Virus record (IMG/VR): IMGVR_UViG_3300020203_000013 | Coordinates: 38,269-102,268 of that record | Direction: 5' to 3' (one strand) | DNA: 64,000 bases | Source: a virus | In this document: positions 47,906 through 57,026 of the stretch, piece after piece | Layout of the letters: every line of letters starts with the position of its first letter | Position numbering within the stretch: the stretch's first letter is position 1 | Notes under the pieces: model-generated | The model's input: only the letters and a program-made list of their open reading frames with translations | Databases searched by the model: none | Told to the model about the DNA's origin: nothing | Position numbers and translations under genes: made by a program

Positions 47906-49188
47906 TACTTCTTTACCTTTGGTTCTTCCTTAGAAATCACTTCTAACTTAGGTAACGGGAATACTACTCTACCGCCTTGTTCTATAAACTTTTTAACTTT
48001 AGGGTTGTTTAATATATTAGTGCGAAAGTGGTAAGGCCCAATAATTAAAACATCACTATTTTTTCTATCTAGTATCTTATCTTGTTTTACAATAGGTATA
48101 TTAGTTCCTGGAGTTACTTTACCAAACTTAGTTGGATTTACTTCTCCAATCTCTTTCATTAAATTAGAGTCTACATTACAGTATTGAAGTAGTACGTTTA
48201 ACTTAGTGCTTGCGCCAAATCCATTTACCTTAAGTCCTTGAACCTTACAAGTATTTAACAATGCAACAAAATCTGCCTTAAAATTAGAACATTTATAAGC
48301 AAACTTATCGTATGTTTTGCTATCGTTAATCCACCTACCTTCTTTGAAGAACTCTTTCCCTACTTTAATACGTTGTCTAACTGTTGGTCTTCTTTTAGAA
48401 AGCACTACTCTAAAGCTTCCTCCATTACAATCGTTATAAGTTACGTCTAGTATATTTAGCTTACACTTCTTAGCTATATTATGAATATCCCTTAGGGAGT
48501 AGTAACTTAAGTGCTCATGCACGAAACCATCGACACATATTTTATCCAGTATCGCGCCTAGATATGCGGCCTCCATTACCCAGACCCCATCTTTAGTTAA
48601 CACCTTAGTAACATCCTTGGCAAACTTAATAGGGTCATCTAGATCGTAAAAACAGGCTATACTCGTCACTAAATGAACAGAGTTCATATATTTTTGCAGT
48701 GCTGGTGTTCTTGTTAGGTCGAAAAAATCGGGGAAAGTTTCTATATTTTCCTCGTGATTTTCATAAGCTTTCTCAAAGTTAATTATAGAAGGATCAACTG
48801 CTATTAGTTTCTTCCCTTCTCTACCAAAGAATGATAGAAAGGTTCCATCATTTGCACCAATGTCTAGAACCTTGTCTTGCCCTTTTGCAGGAAATTTAGC
48901 AAACTTTCGAGAGTAATTTGATAACTCTTCAAGGTGAGATACCATCTGAGAGTTTAAAGCTGAAGAGTACCCATAACTCTGCCCAAACATTTGATTAGCG
49001 TCCGTGGTTTCTTTGAGTTGAACCAGACCACAAGACTTACATTTAATAACGGTTACTGGAACCTTTTCAACGTATTCCCCTTTCTTTGGGAAATTACCTG
49101 TTAGACTCTGTACACCTAAGTCCAATAAGACCCTTGAATCTTTTATCGACTTGTTACAAATCCTACAACTAGTTCTAATAGTATACAT
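47905..49188 (-). CDS. NDP-hexose C-methyltransferase (class I SAM, Zn-binding N-terminus)
   Basis: CRIC..LDLG, CKSCGLVQL, LDIGANDGT, HEHLSYY, GFGASTK, GKVTPGTNIPI, FPLP. Confidence 0.88.
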   Translation of the reverse strand: MYTIRTSCRICNKSIKDSRVLLDLGVQSLTGNFPKKGEYVEKVPVTVIKCKSCGLVQLKETTDANQMFGQSYGYSSALNSQMVSHLEELSNYSRKFAKFPAKGQDKVLDIGANDGTFLSFFGREGKKLIAVDPSIINFEKAYENHEENIETFPDFFDLTRTPALQKYMNSVHLVTSIACFYDLDDPIKFAKDVTKVLTKDGVWVMEAAYLGAILDKICVDGFVHEHLSYYSLRDIHNIAKKCKLNILDVTYNDCNGGSFRVVLSKRRPTVRQRIKVGKEFFKEGRWINDSKTYDKFAYKCSNFKADFVALLNTCKVQGLKVNGFGASTKLNVLLQYCNVDSNLMKEIGEVNPTKFGKVTPGTNIPIVKQDKILDRKNSDVLIIGPYHFRTNILNNPKVKKFIEQGGRVVFPLPKLEVISKEEPKVKK

Positions 49189-49197
49189 AGTGGTATA

Positions 49198-49608
49198 TTA
49201 TACACTATCTTTGATAAAAGTTAAATACCAGTTTGTTTTATACTCTGATATTGAGTATGTTTTGGCAGGAGTCCTAACGTCTACTGAATAACCGTTGGCA
49301 TTTTCTAATTTAGGAAATAAAACTTTATATTTACTACTACTACTCTTCTTCTTGCTATCTTCGATTATGTTCTGTATTAACACTAACTTATCTCCGATAA
49401 CATTACTTACAACTACTAACCTACTAGTAAAGGAAGGGGTTCCATTAGGATTCCACTCGTTAATTACCAACGGTTCTATGAAAAAATCCATATCCGCTAC
49501 CGTCATCTGAGATTTATAAACTTTTAAATAGCTATTTAAATCTACACAAGACTTTAGTTGAGAGGATAGGTATATCTTCCTTAGAACTCCTTTACTAGAT
49601 TCTTCCAT
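49198..49608 (-). CDS. Array-family small protein
   Basis: N-term VLRKIYL, C-term SEYKTNWYL. Confidence 0.6.
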   Translation of the reverse strand: MEESSKGVLRKIYLSSQLKSCVDLNSYLKVYKSQMTVADMDFFIEPLVINEWNPNGTPSFTSRLVVVSNVIGDKLVLIQNIIEDSKKKSSSSKYKVLFPKLENANGYSVDVRTPAKTYSISEYKTNWYLTFIKDSV

Positions 49609-49619
49609 TAATTGAAGTC

Positions 49620-50024
49620 TTAGGCTGGAGTTAAAGCTTCTTGTACGCTAGCTTCCTGACTATTATCTCTCGTGGACTCTGAGTTTTGGTCGCTTTTGTT
49701 TTTTGATAGAGCTTGAACTGTTGAAGCTTTAATTTCAAAAGCTTTAACCTTAGTACCATCTTTAAGATTGTACTCTCTAGCTTGAAGTTTTCCTTCTACC
49801 AGTACTTCTCTTCCTTTCTTAAGGTACTTAAGAGCAAATTCGGCATTACTACCAAAACATACTACATCAAACCACTCAGTTACTTTTTCTACTTTACCGT
49901 TGAAGTTGGTAGTTTCATGGGTAGCGATACTAAAGGCGGCGATTGAACTCTGCGCGTCTTCTTTAGAAATCTTTACTGGATCTTTTCCTAGATTACCAAC
50001 AATAATTACTTTATTAAAACTCAT
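49620..50024 (-). CDS. ssb: Single-stranded DNA-binding protein
   Basis: NKVIIVGNLGKDP, TEWFDVVCFG, YLKKG.EVLVEGKL; AAGGA SD; lacks the DDDIPF tail. Confidence 0.92.
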   Translation of the reverse strand: MSFNKVIIVGNLGKDPVKISKEDAQSSIAAFSIATHETTNFNGKVEKVTEWFDVVCFGSNAEFALKYLKKGREVLVEGKLQAREYNLKDGTKVKAFEIKASTVQALSKNKSDQNSESTRDNSQEASVQEALTPA

Positions 50025-50081
50025 ATTATTTTTCCTTACTAAATTACACAAAATATTGTTACAGATCAGATCCTACAGTAT

Positions 50082-50411
50082 TTACTTTTGTGAGTCAAGA
50101 ACAGGGGACTTAAATAAAGAATATAAGATTTGATTACCTTGTATAGGTAATACTACAACCTTATCATAATTAATGTCGTGAATTTTAAAATGTAGGTCTC
50201 TACCTATAGAGCACAAGAATCTAATTTTTTTAACACCGTGAGGGGACTGTAGCTCTCTCACTGTAAGTTTGTCATTAAATTTAAGGTGTTGGATTTCTAA
50301 ATTATCCAGCTCCAGATTCTTAATAGACTTATAGTTAATTTTTAACCTTATTACCAAATGGAGGAGGTAATCTAGAGAACGCAACGCTATTGATGGTCTT
50401 TCGTACAACAT
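50082..50411 (-). CDS. Hypothetical protein (possibly a distant array-family member)
   Basis: 109-aa ORF; TATAAT 7 nt upstream of ATG. Confidence 0.5.
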   Translation of the reverse strand: MLYERPSIALRSLDYLLHLVIRLKINYKSIKNLELDNLEIQHLKFNDKLTVRELQSPHGVKKIRFLCSIGRDLHFKIHDINYDKVVVLPIQGNQILYSLFKSPVLDSQK

Positions 50412-50534
50412 TTTATATATTATATATGATCTTTTAGATCTATCAACTAATGAGTTAACTAATTAATAGTTTAAAAAAGTTTAATAACCATCTAATATTA
50501 CTAAATCTCTTAAAGTGTTATAGTTTAGATTGGA

Positions 50535-50970
50535 TAGAGGGCGAGTTCTTCCCTTTTTACAGGGAAAAATAGAAAAAGTTTGAGTTATCAATCAGTTTTT
50601 GCAAAATACAACCTTGGATTTTCATCTAGGTTCTCGACGGGGTTATCCTGTCGCCGTTTTATGTAAGATATTCACGGGTACAACTTTATTCCCTACCTTG
50701 CAGTCAGAGGGAGTTGACAGGAGTGGTTACCTGTTCCTTCGGCCTATGGAGTACTAACCTAAAGCACTCTGTAAATTAATCTTGCACTGTCTAAAGCAAC
50801 AAGAAATTAATCATTTTTATACAGCCAACCTTTGGCTGTGATCTTTCTTCCCCTCACCCTTTCAAAACCTGGAAACAGGCAAACAGGACTAGCTCTATAT
50901 TAGCAGGAAGAGTTATGGTCATGTCCTGATATTTAGATCAGAACATCTTAGGTCTGCCAGCAAGTTATCA
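50535..50970. other. Highly structured non-coding element (candidate ncRNA or replication origin)
   Basis: About 10 near-contiguous inverted repeats, GC-richer than flanks, no ORF of 60 aa or more, adjacent to an AT-rich stretch at 50412-50520. Confidence 0.6.
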
Positions 50971-50987
50971 TTAAAGTATAACAGGAG

Positions 50988-51221
50988 TCAAGTGACTATC
51001 TCGTATGAGGACCAAGTTTTATTATATTCTGAGATCTTTAGTATTAAAAGTTCGTCCCCAGTTCCACTTAAAAGTTCTATAACATCAGTATTAAAGTTAA
51101 TAAAGTCAGAAGTAAAAGAGTCAGATAAATCAGAAAGGTCTAAATCAGGATCTCCTTTATTTATAATAATAAAAGGATGGCCCTTAATTATAAAGTCTGG
51201 AAGGGTTTTATTTTTCAACAT
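50988..51221 (-). CDS. Array-family small protein
   Basis: C-term ISEYNKTWSS. Confidence 0.6.
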   Translation of the reverse strand: MLKNKTLPDFIIKGHPFIIINKGDPDLDLSDLSDSFTSDFINFNTDVIELLSGTGDELLILKISEYNKTWSSYEIVT

Positions 51222-51489
51222 ACCATGTTAATCCATAAGTAGTTAAGACTTCGTGGTGGACTATATCGGACCTTACCCCAGTAAAGCCGTTCATTAGCTC
51301 TCCTGTCTTCTGGTGTCCAATGAATATTAAAGTTACAACTCCCCCTTTTAACTCGACAAAAGAGACTTTAAAAGGCCCCCCAAAGTCTTTCGTATAAACG
51401 TTTACAAAATCCCTAGGAGGTATATTTAAAAGCTCCTTCTTACTTTTTCCAAGACTCTGAGCTATTACTTTGAAAAAAATGGCGCTCAT
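51208..51489 (-). CDS. Array-family small protein
   Basis: N-term IFFKVI, C-term TTYGLTWYV. Confidence 0.6.
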   Translation of the reverse strand: MSAIFFKVIAQSLGKSKKELLNIPPRDFVNVYTKDFGGPFKVSFVELKGGVVTLIFIGHQKTGELMNGFTGVRSDIVHHEVLTTYGLTWYVEK

Positions 51490-51511
51490 ACTAAGGGACG
51501 AAACTAAGTTA

Positions 51512-52243
51512 TTAAATTTGTTTAACTAAATCCCCAAACAAATCCGGCGCATCTTCTAAGTTTGTATCTAAAGAAGCACAAGTTAAGAGGGTATTAGAGA
51601 CTAAAATGGTATTAGAACTGAATGAGCCACCAGAAGTTCCTCTCTCAGCCAAATCCCCGCTAGGTATTTTTATTGTCTGACTACCCCAAGAGTTCGTCTG
51701 AGTGGCAGTCCCGATTTTAGGCCCAAAAGGATTAGTTGGGTAAGAAGGTCCAGGGTATGTACCAGGGCCTATAACGCCAGGGTATATGTTAGGTATTCCA
51801 GGGCCTATAACACCAGGGTGTACACCGCCAGGGTATATGTTAGGTATTCCAGGACCAAAAGGACCCTTACTGATCTTTTTTATAATGTCTTGCATCTCTT
51901 CGTCGGTTAACCCAACGATAGCTTTATGTACTTTGGTTATGTTTTCACTAGTCCTGGTAACTGAGATATTGGCTTCGCATATAACCCAGCTAACTTTATA
52001 CTCCAAAGAACTTAAAGATTCTACGTTCTTTCCATCATGAATTTTAATAACCTTTCTAACTGGATTAAGTTCTTCTACTATAGACCGAACCTTAATATCT
52101 ACAATTTGGACATTTTTTTTATCGTCCTGTAAGGCCAAAAGATAGAACCTATTAACTGAGATGTCGTCAAAAGGAATAGCCTTGCTCTTTAAGAACCCCC
52201 AATGGATAGATTTTAACATGCCAGGAACGTCAGGAATTTTCAT
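51512..52243 (-). CDS. Array-family domain plus Gly/Pro repeat tail
   Basis: MLKSIHW..LEYKVSWVI, then GPGIPNIYPG repeats. Confidence 0.6.
   Translation of the reverse strand: MKIPDVPGMLKSIHWGFLKSKAIPFDDISVNRFYLLALQDDKKNVQIVDIKVRSIVEELNPVRKVIKIHDGKNVESLSSLEYKVSWVICEANISVTRTSENITKVHKAIVGLTDEEMQDIIKKISKGPFGPGIPNIYPGGVHPGVIGPGIPNIYPGVIGPGTYPGPSYPTNPFGPKIGTATQTNSWGSQTIKIPSGDLAERGTSGGSFSSNTILVSNTLLTCASLDTNLEDAPDLFGDLVKQI
51762..51853. repeat. Coding repeats (GPGIPNIYPG / PGVIGPG)
   Basis: CGCCAGGGTATATGTTAGGTATTCCAGG at 51775 and 51826; CCAGGGCCTATAAC at 51762 and 51798. Confidence 0.8.
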
Positions 52244-52250
52244 ATTTTTT

Positions 52251-52598
52251 CTAAATTAACACTTTTATAAGTCCGTACTTAATACCATAATCTACTATCG
52301 GAATGACAAAGTAAGGACAATCAGTTGAAGAATCTGATAATATTATTGCTTTATCAGTGATAGAGTGAATATATAGTTTTTTATTTAATCTCCTAAAAGA
52401 GACCACATCGTCCTGCTTCTTTAATAGATGGACCTTAAACTCTATAGTGCTATCTTCTTTATACTCTCGAAGAGAACTCAATGGCTCTAAGTGCCTCAGT
52501 GACAGTTTGATAGTGAGTTGGTGGAGCCTATCAGCTACAGAGATTCTTTTAGCTTTTGCCGCCTCTGAAAGGGCTGCACTTATATCTGTGTCCTTCAT
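52251..52598 (-). CDS. Array-family small protein
   Basis: C-term IVDYGIKYGLI. Confidence 0.6.
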   Translation of the reverse strand: MKDTDISAALSEAAKAKRISVADRLHQLTIKLSLRHLEPLSSLREYKEDSTIEFKVHLLKKQDDVVSFRRLNKKLYIHSITDKAIILSDSSTDCPYFVIPIVDYGIKYGLIKVLI

Positions 52599-52999
52599 AC
52601 TAAAACCCCTGCTAAGTAAAAATAGCCAATCTCATACCTATCTCTATCGAAGTAGTTCTCAATATTGAAAGTTTTTATAACTTCAGTTCCTCTTTTTAAA
52701 ACAAACAACTGGAATTTGCTATTATACCCTATTCCATCTATAAAGCATATATCGATTAAAGCATTGTTAGGTTTTTTACTAACCAATAAGTAACGTTTAA
52801 ACCTAGAGGTGTAGTAGTCATCAACCAGGTAATCATAAGAATCCCCATAAGTATCCCACAAAAAAGGCGACATCTGAGTACTGTTCGACGGCAAAAAAGG
52901 CAAATCAATTAAGGAGTTAGTGAAAAAAACTAAATCTTCTTTTAATATTTGGGTACTAAAGGACAGAATTATTTTTGTAAGCTGTCTTTTATCGTGCAT
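52595..52999 (-). CDS. Array-family-like small protein
   Basis: N-term QLTKII, C-term NIENY..YEIGYFYL. Confidence 0.55.
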   Translation of the reverse strand: MHDKRQLTKIILSFSTQILKEDLVFFTNSLIDLPFLPSNSTQMSPFLWDTYGDSYDYLVDDYYTSRFKRYLLVSKKPNNALIDICFIDGIGYNSKFQLFVLKRGTEVIKTFNIENYFDRDRYEIGYFYLAGVLV

Positions 53000-53384
53000 T
53001 TTTCTTTTTAATCCTCTTTATAGCTCTATCTAAGTGCTCGTCTACATTAGGTTTTGCTGACTGAGTTAGTAACCAATTTATCAACTTAGGGTTATTTTTT
53101 ATGATATAAAACAATCCTATGGAGATGTCGGTTACTAACCGCTCTTCTGTCCTATTGTTGATGTTTATATCATAGTTATAAAATATACTGTGAAGTAATT
53201 CGTGAAGAATAGTTTCTTCCATGTCTCCAGGTTTAAGATTTTTAGTATAAGAGATGATTTGCTTTTCGGATCTTTCAAACATACCTGCTGCTCTATTTTT
53301 AGATCCCCAATATGAGGACCTCTGTTCTATAAGAACAGGGTCGAAATCTGGATGAACCTTAACGGTCTTAGGAAGCTTTGCCAT
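52989..53384 (-). CDS. HExxH metallopeptidase-like phage protein
   Basis: ETILHELLHSIF..EERLV; unrelated to the flanking array family. Confidence 0.65.
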   Translation of the reverse strand: MAKLPKTVKVHPDFDPVLIEQRSSYWGSKNRAAGMFERSEKQIISYTKNLKPGDMEETILHELLHSIFYNYDININNRTEERLVTDISIGLFYIIKNNPKLINWLLTQSAKPNVDEHLDRAIKRIKKKNAR

Positions 53385-53775
53385 TTATCCTATGCCCTCT
53401 CCCAATACATAACAACCAAGTTGAATTATAAAAGAGTAAATCTTCTAAGGTATACTTCTCCTCAAGATTTTTAAGTGGGGACTTAAACAAGATTAACCCT
53501 TTGTCAATTCCAAGACTCATATTACTATAGCTTGAATACCTGCCTACCTTATAAATCGCGAAAGCTTTCCCGTTCACATCCAGTCTAATGTAAAACAAGT
53601 TTTCAGGTAATCTAGGTAAAGAGCCTATAAAGGGGATTCCCGTCTCGTAAACGCATCGAGTAACCTTGTATACTGGGCCGAACTTTTTCTCATAGAAATT
53701 CATTAGGTCTTCTACATCAGAACGTGGAAGAACTCTATACATTGATTTTATCAGACTAGAACTAAGCTTAACCAC
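53368..53775 (-). CDS. Array-family small protein
   Basis: N-term SLIKSMY, C-term LFYNSTWLL. Confidence 0.6.
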   Translation of the reverse strand: MVKLSSSLIKSMYRVLPRSDVEDLMNFYEKKFGPVYKVTRCVYETGIPFIGSLPRLPENLFYIRLDVNGKAFAIYKVGRYSSYSNMSLGIDKGLILFKSPLKNLEEKYTLEDLLFYNSTWLLCIGRGHRINGKAS

Positions 53776-54097
53776 CTTTAACCCACCAAGTTCTTTTATA
53801 ATCTTCTATTGAAAAAGACATTAGTTGTCCCAAGTTTTTTACATCAAGGTCTCTTACCGTAACTGTTTTTTCTTGAATCAATTCAACTACTTTAACCATT
53901 TTAAATTCTAGTTTACCTTCATTTTTAAAGAGTAAGTGAACTGGAACTTTAGCTTTTATCTTTTTGCCTGACCACCTAATTAAGTAGTCAGAGGTAACAG
54001 AGAGGACTTTAAAGTAAACATCAAAACTATCAGCCTTATTAGCCTTAATTCTTCTATCTGCTTCTATCTTTGCCCAATTATGTTTATACGGTTGCAT
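53768..54097 (-). CDS. Array-family small protein
   Basis: C-term IEDYKRTWWV. Confidence 0.6.
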   Translation of the reverse strand: MQPYKHNWAKIEADRRIKANKADSFDVYFKVLSVTSDYLIRWSGKKIKAKVPVHLLFKNEGKLEFKMVKVVELIQEKTVTVRDLDVKNLGQLMSFSIEDYKRTWWVKGG

Positions 54098-54128
54098 ACC
54101 TTATACTACAATAACTAATCCCAACTGT

Positions 54129-54545
54129 CTATTTAATAAATAAAAAAGACCCACCCACTCCTGTGCCAAGTTCCCCAGAAGACTTCAGAGTAACCTCAAA
54201 GTTAAAAGAAAAAGATGACTGAGGGCAAGGATGAATGAGGGTAAACCTAATTATAGAGTTGTCTTTTCCTAATAACCTAATTAAGTGGACTGGAGCATCT
54301 CCAGATAGTTTTAAAACCTTACCAGTTGGGTAATGATAGTACCTTAAATTACTCATTTTATCATTAGATAGGGTAATAGATCCACTAGAACCAATACTTT
54401 TGAGGTGCCTCCTAACCTCCTCAGCACTACTATCATCTGAAACTTTAAGACCTTTATAGTAAAAGGAAAAGGGTGCAAGGTCATCTAAGTGCCTGACCCG
54501 ATTATAATAACTAAACCTTTTGTTGAGTTTCTTTAAAAGATCCAT
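54129..54545 (-). CDS. Array-family-like small protein
   Basis: N-term LLKKLNKR. Confidence 0.55.
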   Translation of the reverse strand: MDLLKKLNKRFSYYNRVRHLDDLAPFSFYYKGLKVSDDSSAEEVRRHLKSIGSSGSITLSNDKMSNLRYYHYPTGKVLKLSGDAPVHLIRLLGKDNSIIRFTLIHPCPQSSFSFNFEVTLKSSGELGTGVGGSFLFIK

Positions 54546-54558
54546 ATAAATACTATCG

Positions 54559-54993
54559 TCAGGTTAATTCAGAATCTTTAATTTTATTTGCTGAAACTAA
54601 AGACCACGAAACACAAAGCTGCGTAGTCTCAAGCATTAAGGTTTTTTTGCGCGACCAAGGTGTTAACTTTAATAACGACTCTTCGTCTAACTGAATAGCA
54701 ATCCAATTGGGACCTATATAGGGATATGCCACCCCCTTCAATAGCTTAAATCCGTCGAAAAAACCATGAAAGTGTACATCATGTACACACATTGCGGTGT
54801 CATTCTCAGACATTTTTACTCTAGTGTGGTTAGCAATAAAAACCTCTACCTCCATAAATCTTAAGGCGTAAGTATCTGCTATCATATTACGCCCTACGGG
54901 CGGAGTTAGATCCGTTAACGGACTATGCCTCAGTAAGTTCTTATCTAAAAACCGCTTAGTTAATCTATTGGTAAAATTGAAAATACTACTCAA
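54559..54993 (-). CDS. Array-family small protein
   Basis: N-term FTNRLTKR, C-term TQLCVSWSLV. Confidence 0.55.
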   Translation of the reverse strand: MSSIFNFTNRLTKRFLDKNLLRHSPLTDLTPPVGRNMIADTYALRFMEVEVFIANHTRVKMSENDTAMCVHDVHFHGFFDGFKLLKGVAYPYIGPNWIAIQLDEESLLKLTPWSRKKTLMLETTQLCVSWSLVSANKIKDSELT

Positions 54994-55666
54994 TACCTAC
55001 TCCAAGAACAAAGCCTCTACCACTTTTAATACCCTTAAACTCCCTTCCCCCGTCTTGCTTTACTATTCCTTCTTCGGTGCGATTAAGGTCTTCAGGAAAG
55101 AAGGGGTTCTCAATAAAAATACCCTGATTCTCTCCAGATAGGTGAGCATCAGGGTCTGAAGAAGGACTAACGGTGAGCGCATCTGTAACGTCCTCGTAAG
55201 AGGACGGGTAGGAGAAGGTTCCAATACCTATTATAGCCCAAGTTATATTATAATCATCGCGACAGAGACAAAAACTTGAGTAATTCCGTCCACTAGCAAA
55301 AGGCCTATAAAACGTAATAAGCTGTGGAATAGAACTAGACCTATCACTCCCTTGTTCACAGGATTCTTGTCTAGCTAGAACAACTCCCTTAAAGGGATCT
55401 TCTCTTTGACTATAGCTTCGACAATCTGCGGCTGAATTCTCATGATCCATAATCCCCCAAGGACCTAAAACTATCATTTTATAAAATATACGACCGAATT
55501 GATAGTCTGGGTAATTTCTTTGAGTATACCCTAAAGCAAGTTTTAGAGGCGGGGCAAGTGTAACTAACCGACTAGCACCCTCTAGAAACTTTCTCTGTTG
55601 ATCATCTTTTAATTTTTTTTCTATATTGATAGTAAATTTATTTAAAAGTTCTCTGTTAGATTTCAT
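54986..55666 (-). CDS. Array-family protein with C-terminal extension
   Basis: N-term ELLNKF, internal RDDYNITWAII. Confidence 0.6.
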   Translation of the reverse strand: MKSNRELLNKFTINIEKKLKDDQQRKFLEGASRLVTLAPPLKLALGYTQRNYPDYQFGRIFYKMIVLGPWGIMDHENSAADCRSYSQREDPFKGVVLARQESCEQGSDRSSSIPQLITFYRPFASGRNYSSFCLCRDDYNITWAIIGIGTFSYPSSYEDVTDALTVSPSSDPDAHLSGENQGIFIENPFFPEDLNRTEEGIVKQDGGREFKGIKSGRGFVLGVGIE

Positions 55667-56097
55667 TTAATCTCCCAAGCAGTCTTATAATTTTTAAGAT
55701 CTAATTTTATATAATAACCCCACCAAGTTTTGCCTACTTTATTCCCGAATAGGGTATACTTTCCCAAAAGAGTGTCTTCAGTTATTGAGTCTAAGTAAAA
55801 AGTATTCCATCGTGGGGAGTAGTTAAGATGGCCATAGACGGTAGAGCCTGAAAACATTCTACCAATTGCAGGGCTCTTTATCTCGACATTATCATAGGTA
55901 AATATAAGGATTGCCGTGTTCAATGTAATATACCGCCAGCGACCGTATTCTTCTAGTTTATACTCTAAGTTTGCAATAACATCGTCTCTAGGCATTTCAC
56001 TTTCGTAACTTAATAAACTTTCAAAAGATCTTTTAATCTCGTAATTCCTAGCTTTCTTAGCCAAAATAGTTAATATATTTTTAGATGTTTGAAGCAT
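55663..56097 (-). CDS. Array-family small protein
   Basis: Two tandem motif copies: NKVGKTWWG and KNYKTAWEI. Confidence 0.6.
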   Translation of the reverse strand: MLQTSKNILTILAKKARNYEIKRSFESLLSYESEMPRDDVIANLEYKLEEYGRWRYITLNTAILIFTYDNVEIKSPAIGRMFSGSTVYGHLNYSPRWNTFYLDSITEDTLLGKYTLFGNKVGKTWWGYYIKLDLKNYKTAWEIK

Positions 56098-56100
56098 AGA

Positions 56101-56490
56101 CTAAAGTGTAAATCCTTTTTCAGATAAATAGTCAACTATTACACTATTATTTCTAATAATTGCAGAGACATGTAAGGACTGTGTTGATATTCTAGTTACA
56201 ACCCAGCCCTCACCCCAGCTCTCACCATAATCGCTATGTTGTAACCATATCATTGGCTCCACCATACGTTCCGTAAAGCTAAACATGTAGCTACCCCCAC
56301 TACTAAAGGATAGTCTACCCATCTCAAACTTTCTAGACTCTCCAAGTTTCAATAAAATTCTGGCCTCAACTGATTCTTCTACGGAGTGATCCATAACCCA
56401 CTTAACGTAACCAAAAGGAATATACTTTCCAGAATTTAAAATGTCGTCTACTGTTTTATTGTACAGTATCTGTAGGGTACTCTTTACCAT
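56101..56490 (-). CDS. Array-family small protein
   Basis: N-term TLQILYNK, HSDYGESW. Confidence 0.6.
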   Translation of the reverse strand: MVKSTLQILYNKTVDDILNSGKYIPFGYVKWVMDHSVEESVEARILLKLGESRKFEMGRLSFSSGGSYMFSFTERMVEPMIWLQHSDYGESWGEGWVVTRISTQSLHVSAIIRNNSVIVDYLSEKGFTL

Positions 56491-56492
56491 AT

Positions 56493-57026
56493 TTAATATA
56501 CTCTTATTAGCTCCTCGTTTGTTTTTTTAATAAAAGAAACTAATCTACCTGTATCGTCTAAATCTACATGAGATGAAACCTCATTTGAAGTTATATACCA
56601 CTTAATTATATACTGCTTTTCATCGAAAAACATGTGCAAAGGAACCTTTTCTCCATTTATATATTGCACTAGATTGAAACTACTTTCAGGGTTTGATATA
56701 AGACATGGAAGTGTGTCGGAGTGCAAACTAAGATCAGACAAAAAATCTCCCCCAAACTTAGCATCTCCTCTATAAGCGGTAAGTAAAGCAGGAAACTTAA
56801 ACATCCCAATAATATGATCATCATCTACCCAGTCATGCTGTGTTCGGCTTTTAATGGGACAATGTAAAATAGCTATAATATCTACTACGGGATAAAATCT
56901 TCTCCCAGAAGATAATTTAAAGAACTCTTCAAGCATGACATATGCAGATTCAAAAGGGACAGAGGGATACTTATCAAAGACCCCCTTTACTACTTTTCTA
57001 TGTATCTTTAAAAGTTTATAATTCAT
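56493..57026 (-). CDS. Array-family small protein
   Basis: N-term KLLKIHRK, KQYIIKWYI. Confidence 0.6.
   Translation of the reverse strand: MNYKLLKIHRKVVKGVFDKYPSVPFESAYVMLEEFFKLSSGRRFYPVVDIIAILHCPIKSRTQHDWVDDDHIIGMFKFPALLTAYRGDAKFGGDFLSDLSLHSDTLPCLISNPESSFNLVQYINGEKVPLHMFFDEKQYIIKWYITSNEVSSHVDLDDTGRLVSFIKKTNEELIRVY

Noticed and set aside
50535-50970. tRNA, tmRNA, RNase P, group I intron or CRISPR array
   Set aside because: I found no cloverleaf or TTCGA T-loop, no tmRNA ends, no recognisable RNase P or intron core motifs, and no regularly spaced identical repeats; the element is intergenic
468-52668. Short opposite-strand or nested ORFs in the track (e.g. 468-677, 1490-1840, 4234-4515, 8067-8447, 13076-13264, 13809-14111, 27180-27545, 33048-33242, 51786-52040)
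   Set aside because: They are shadows of well-supported genes, with no SD or recognisable motifs
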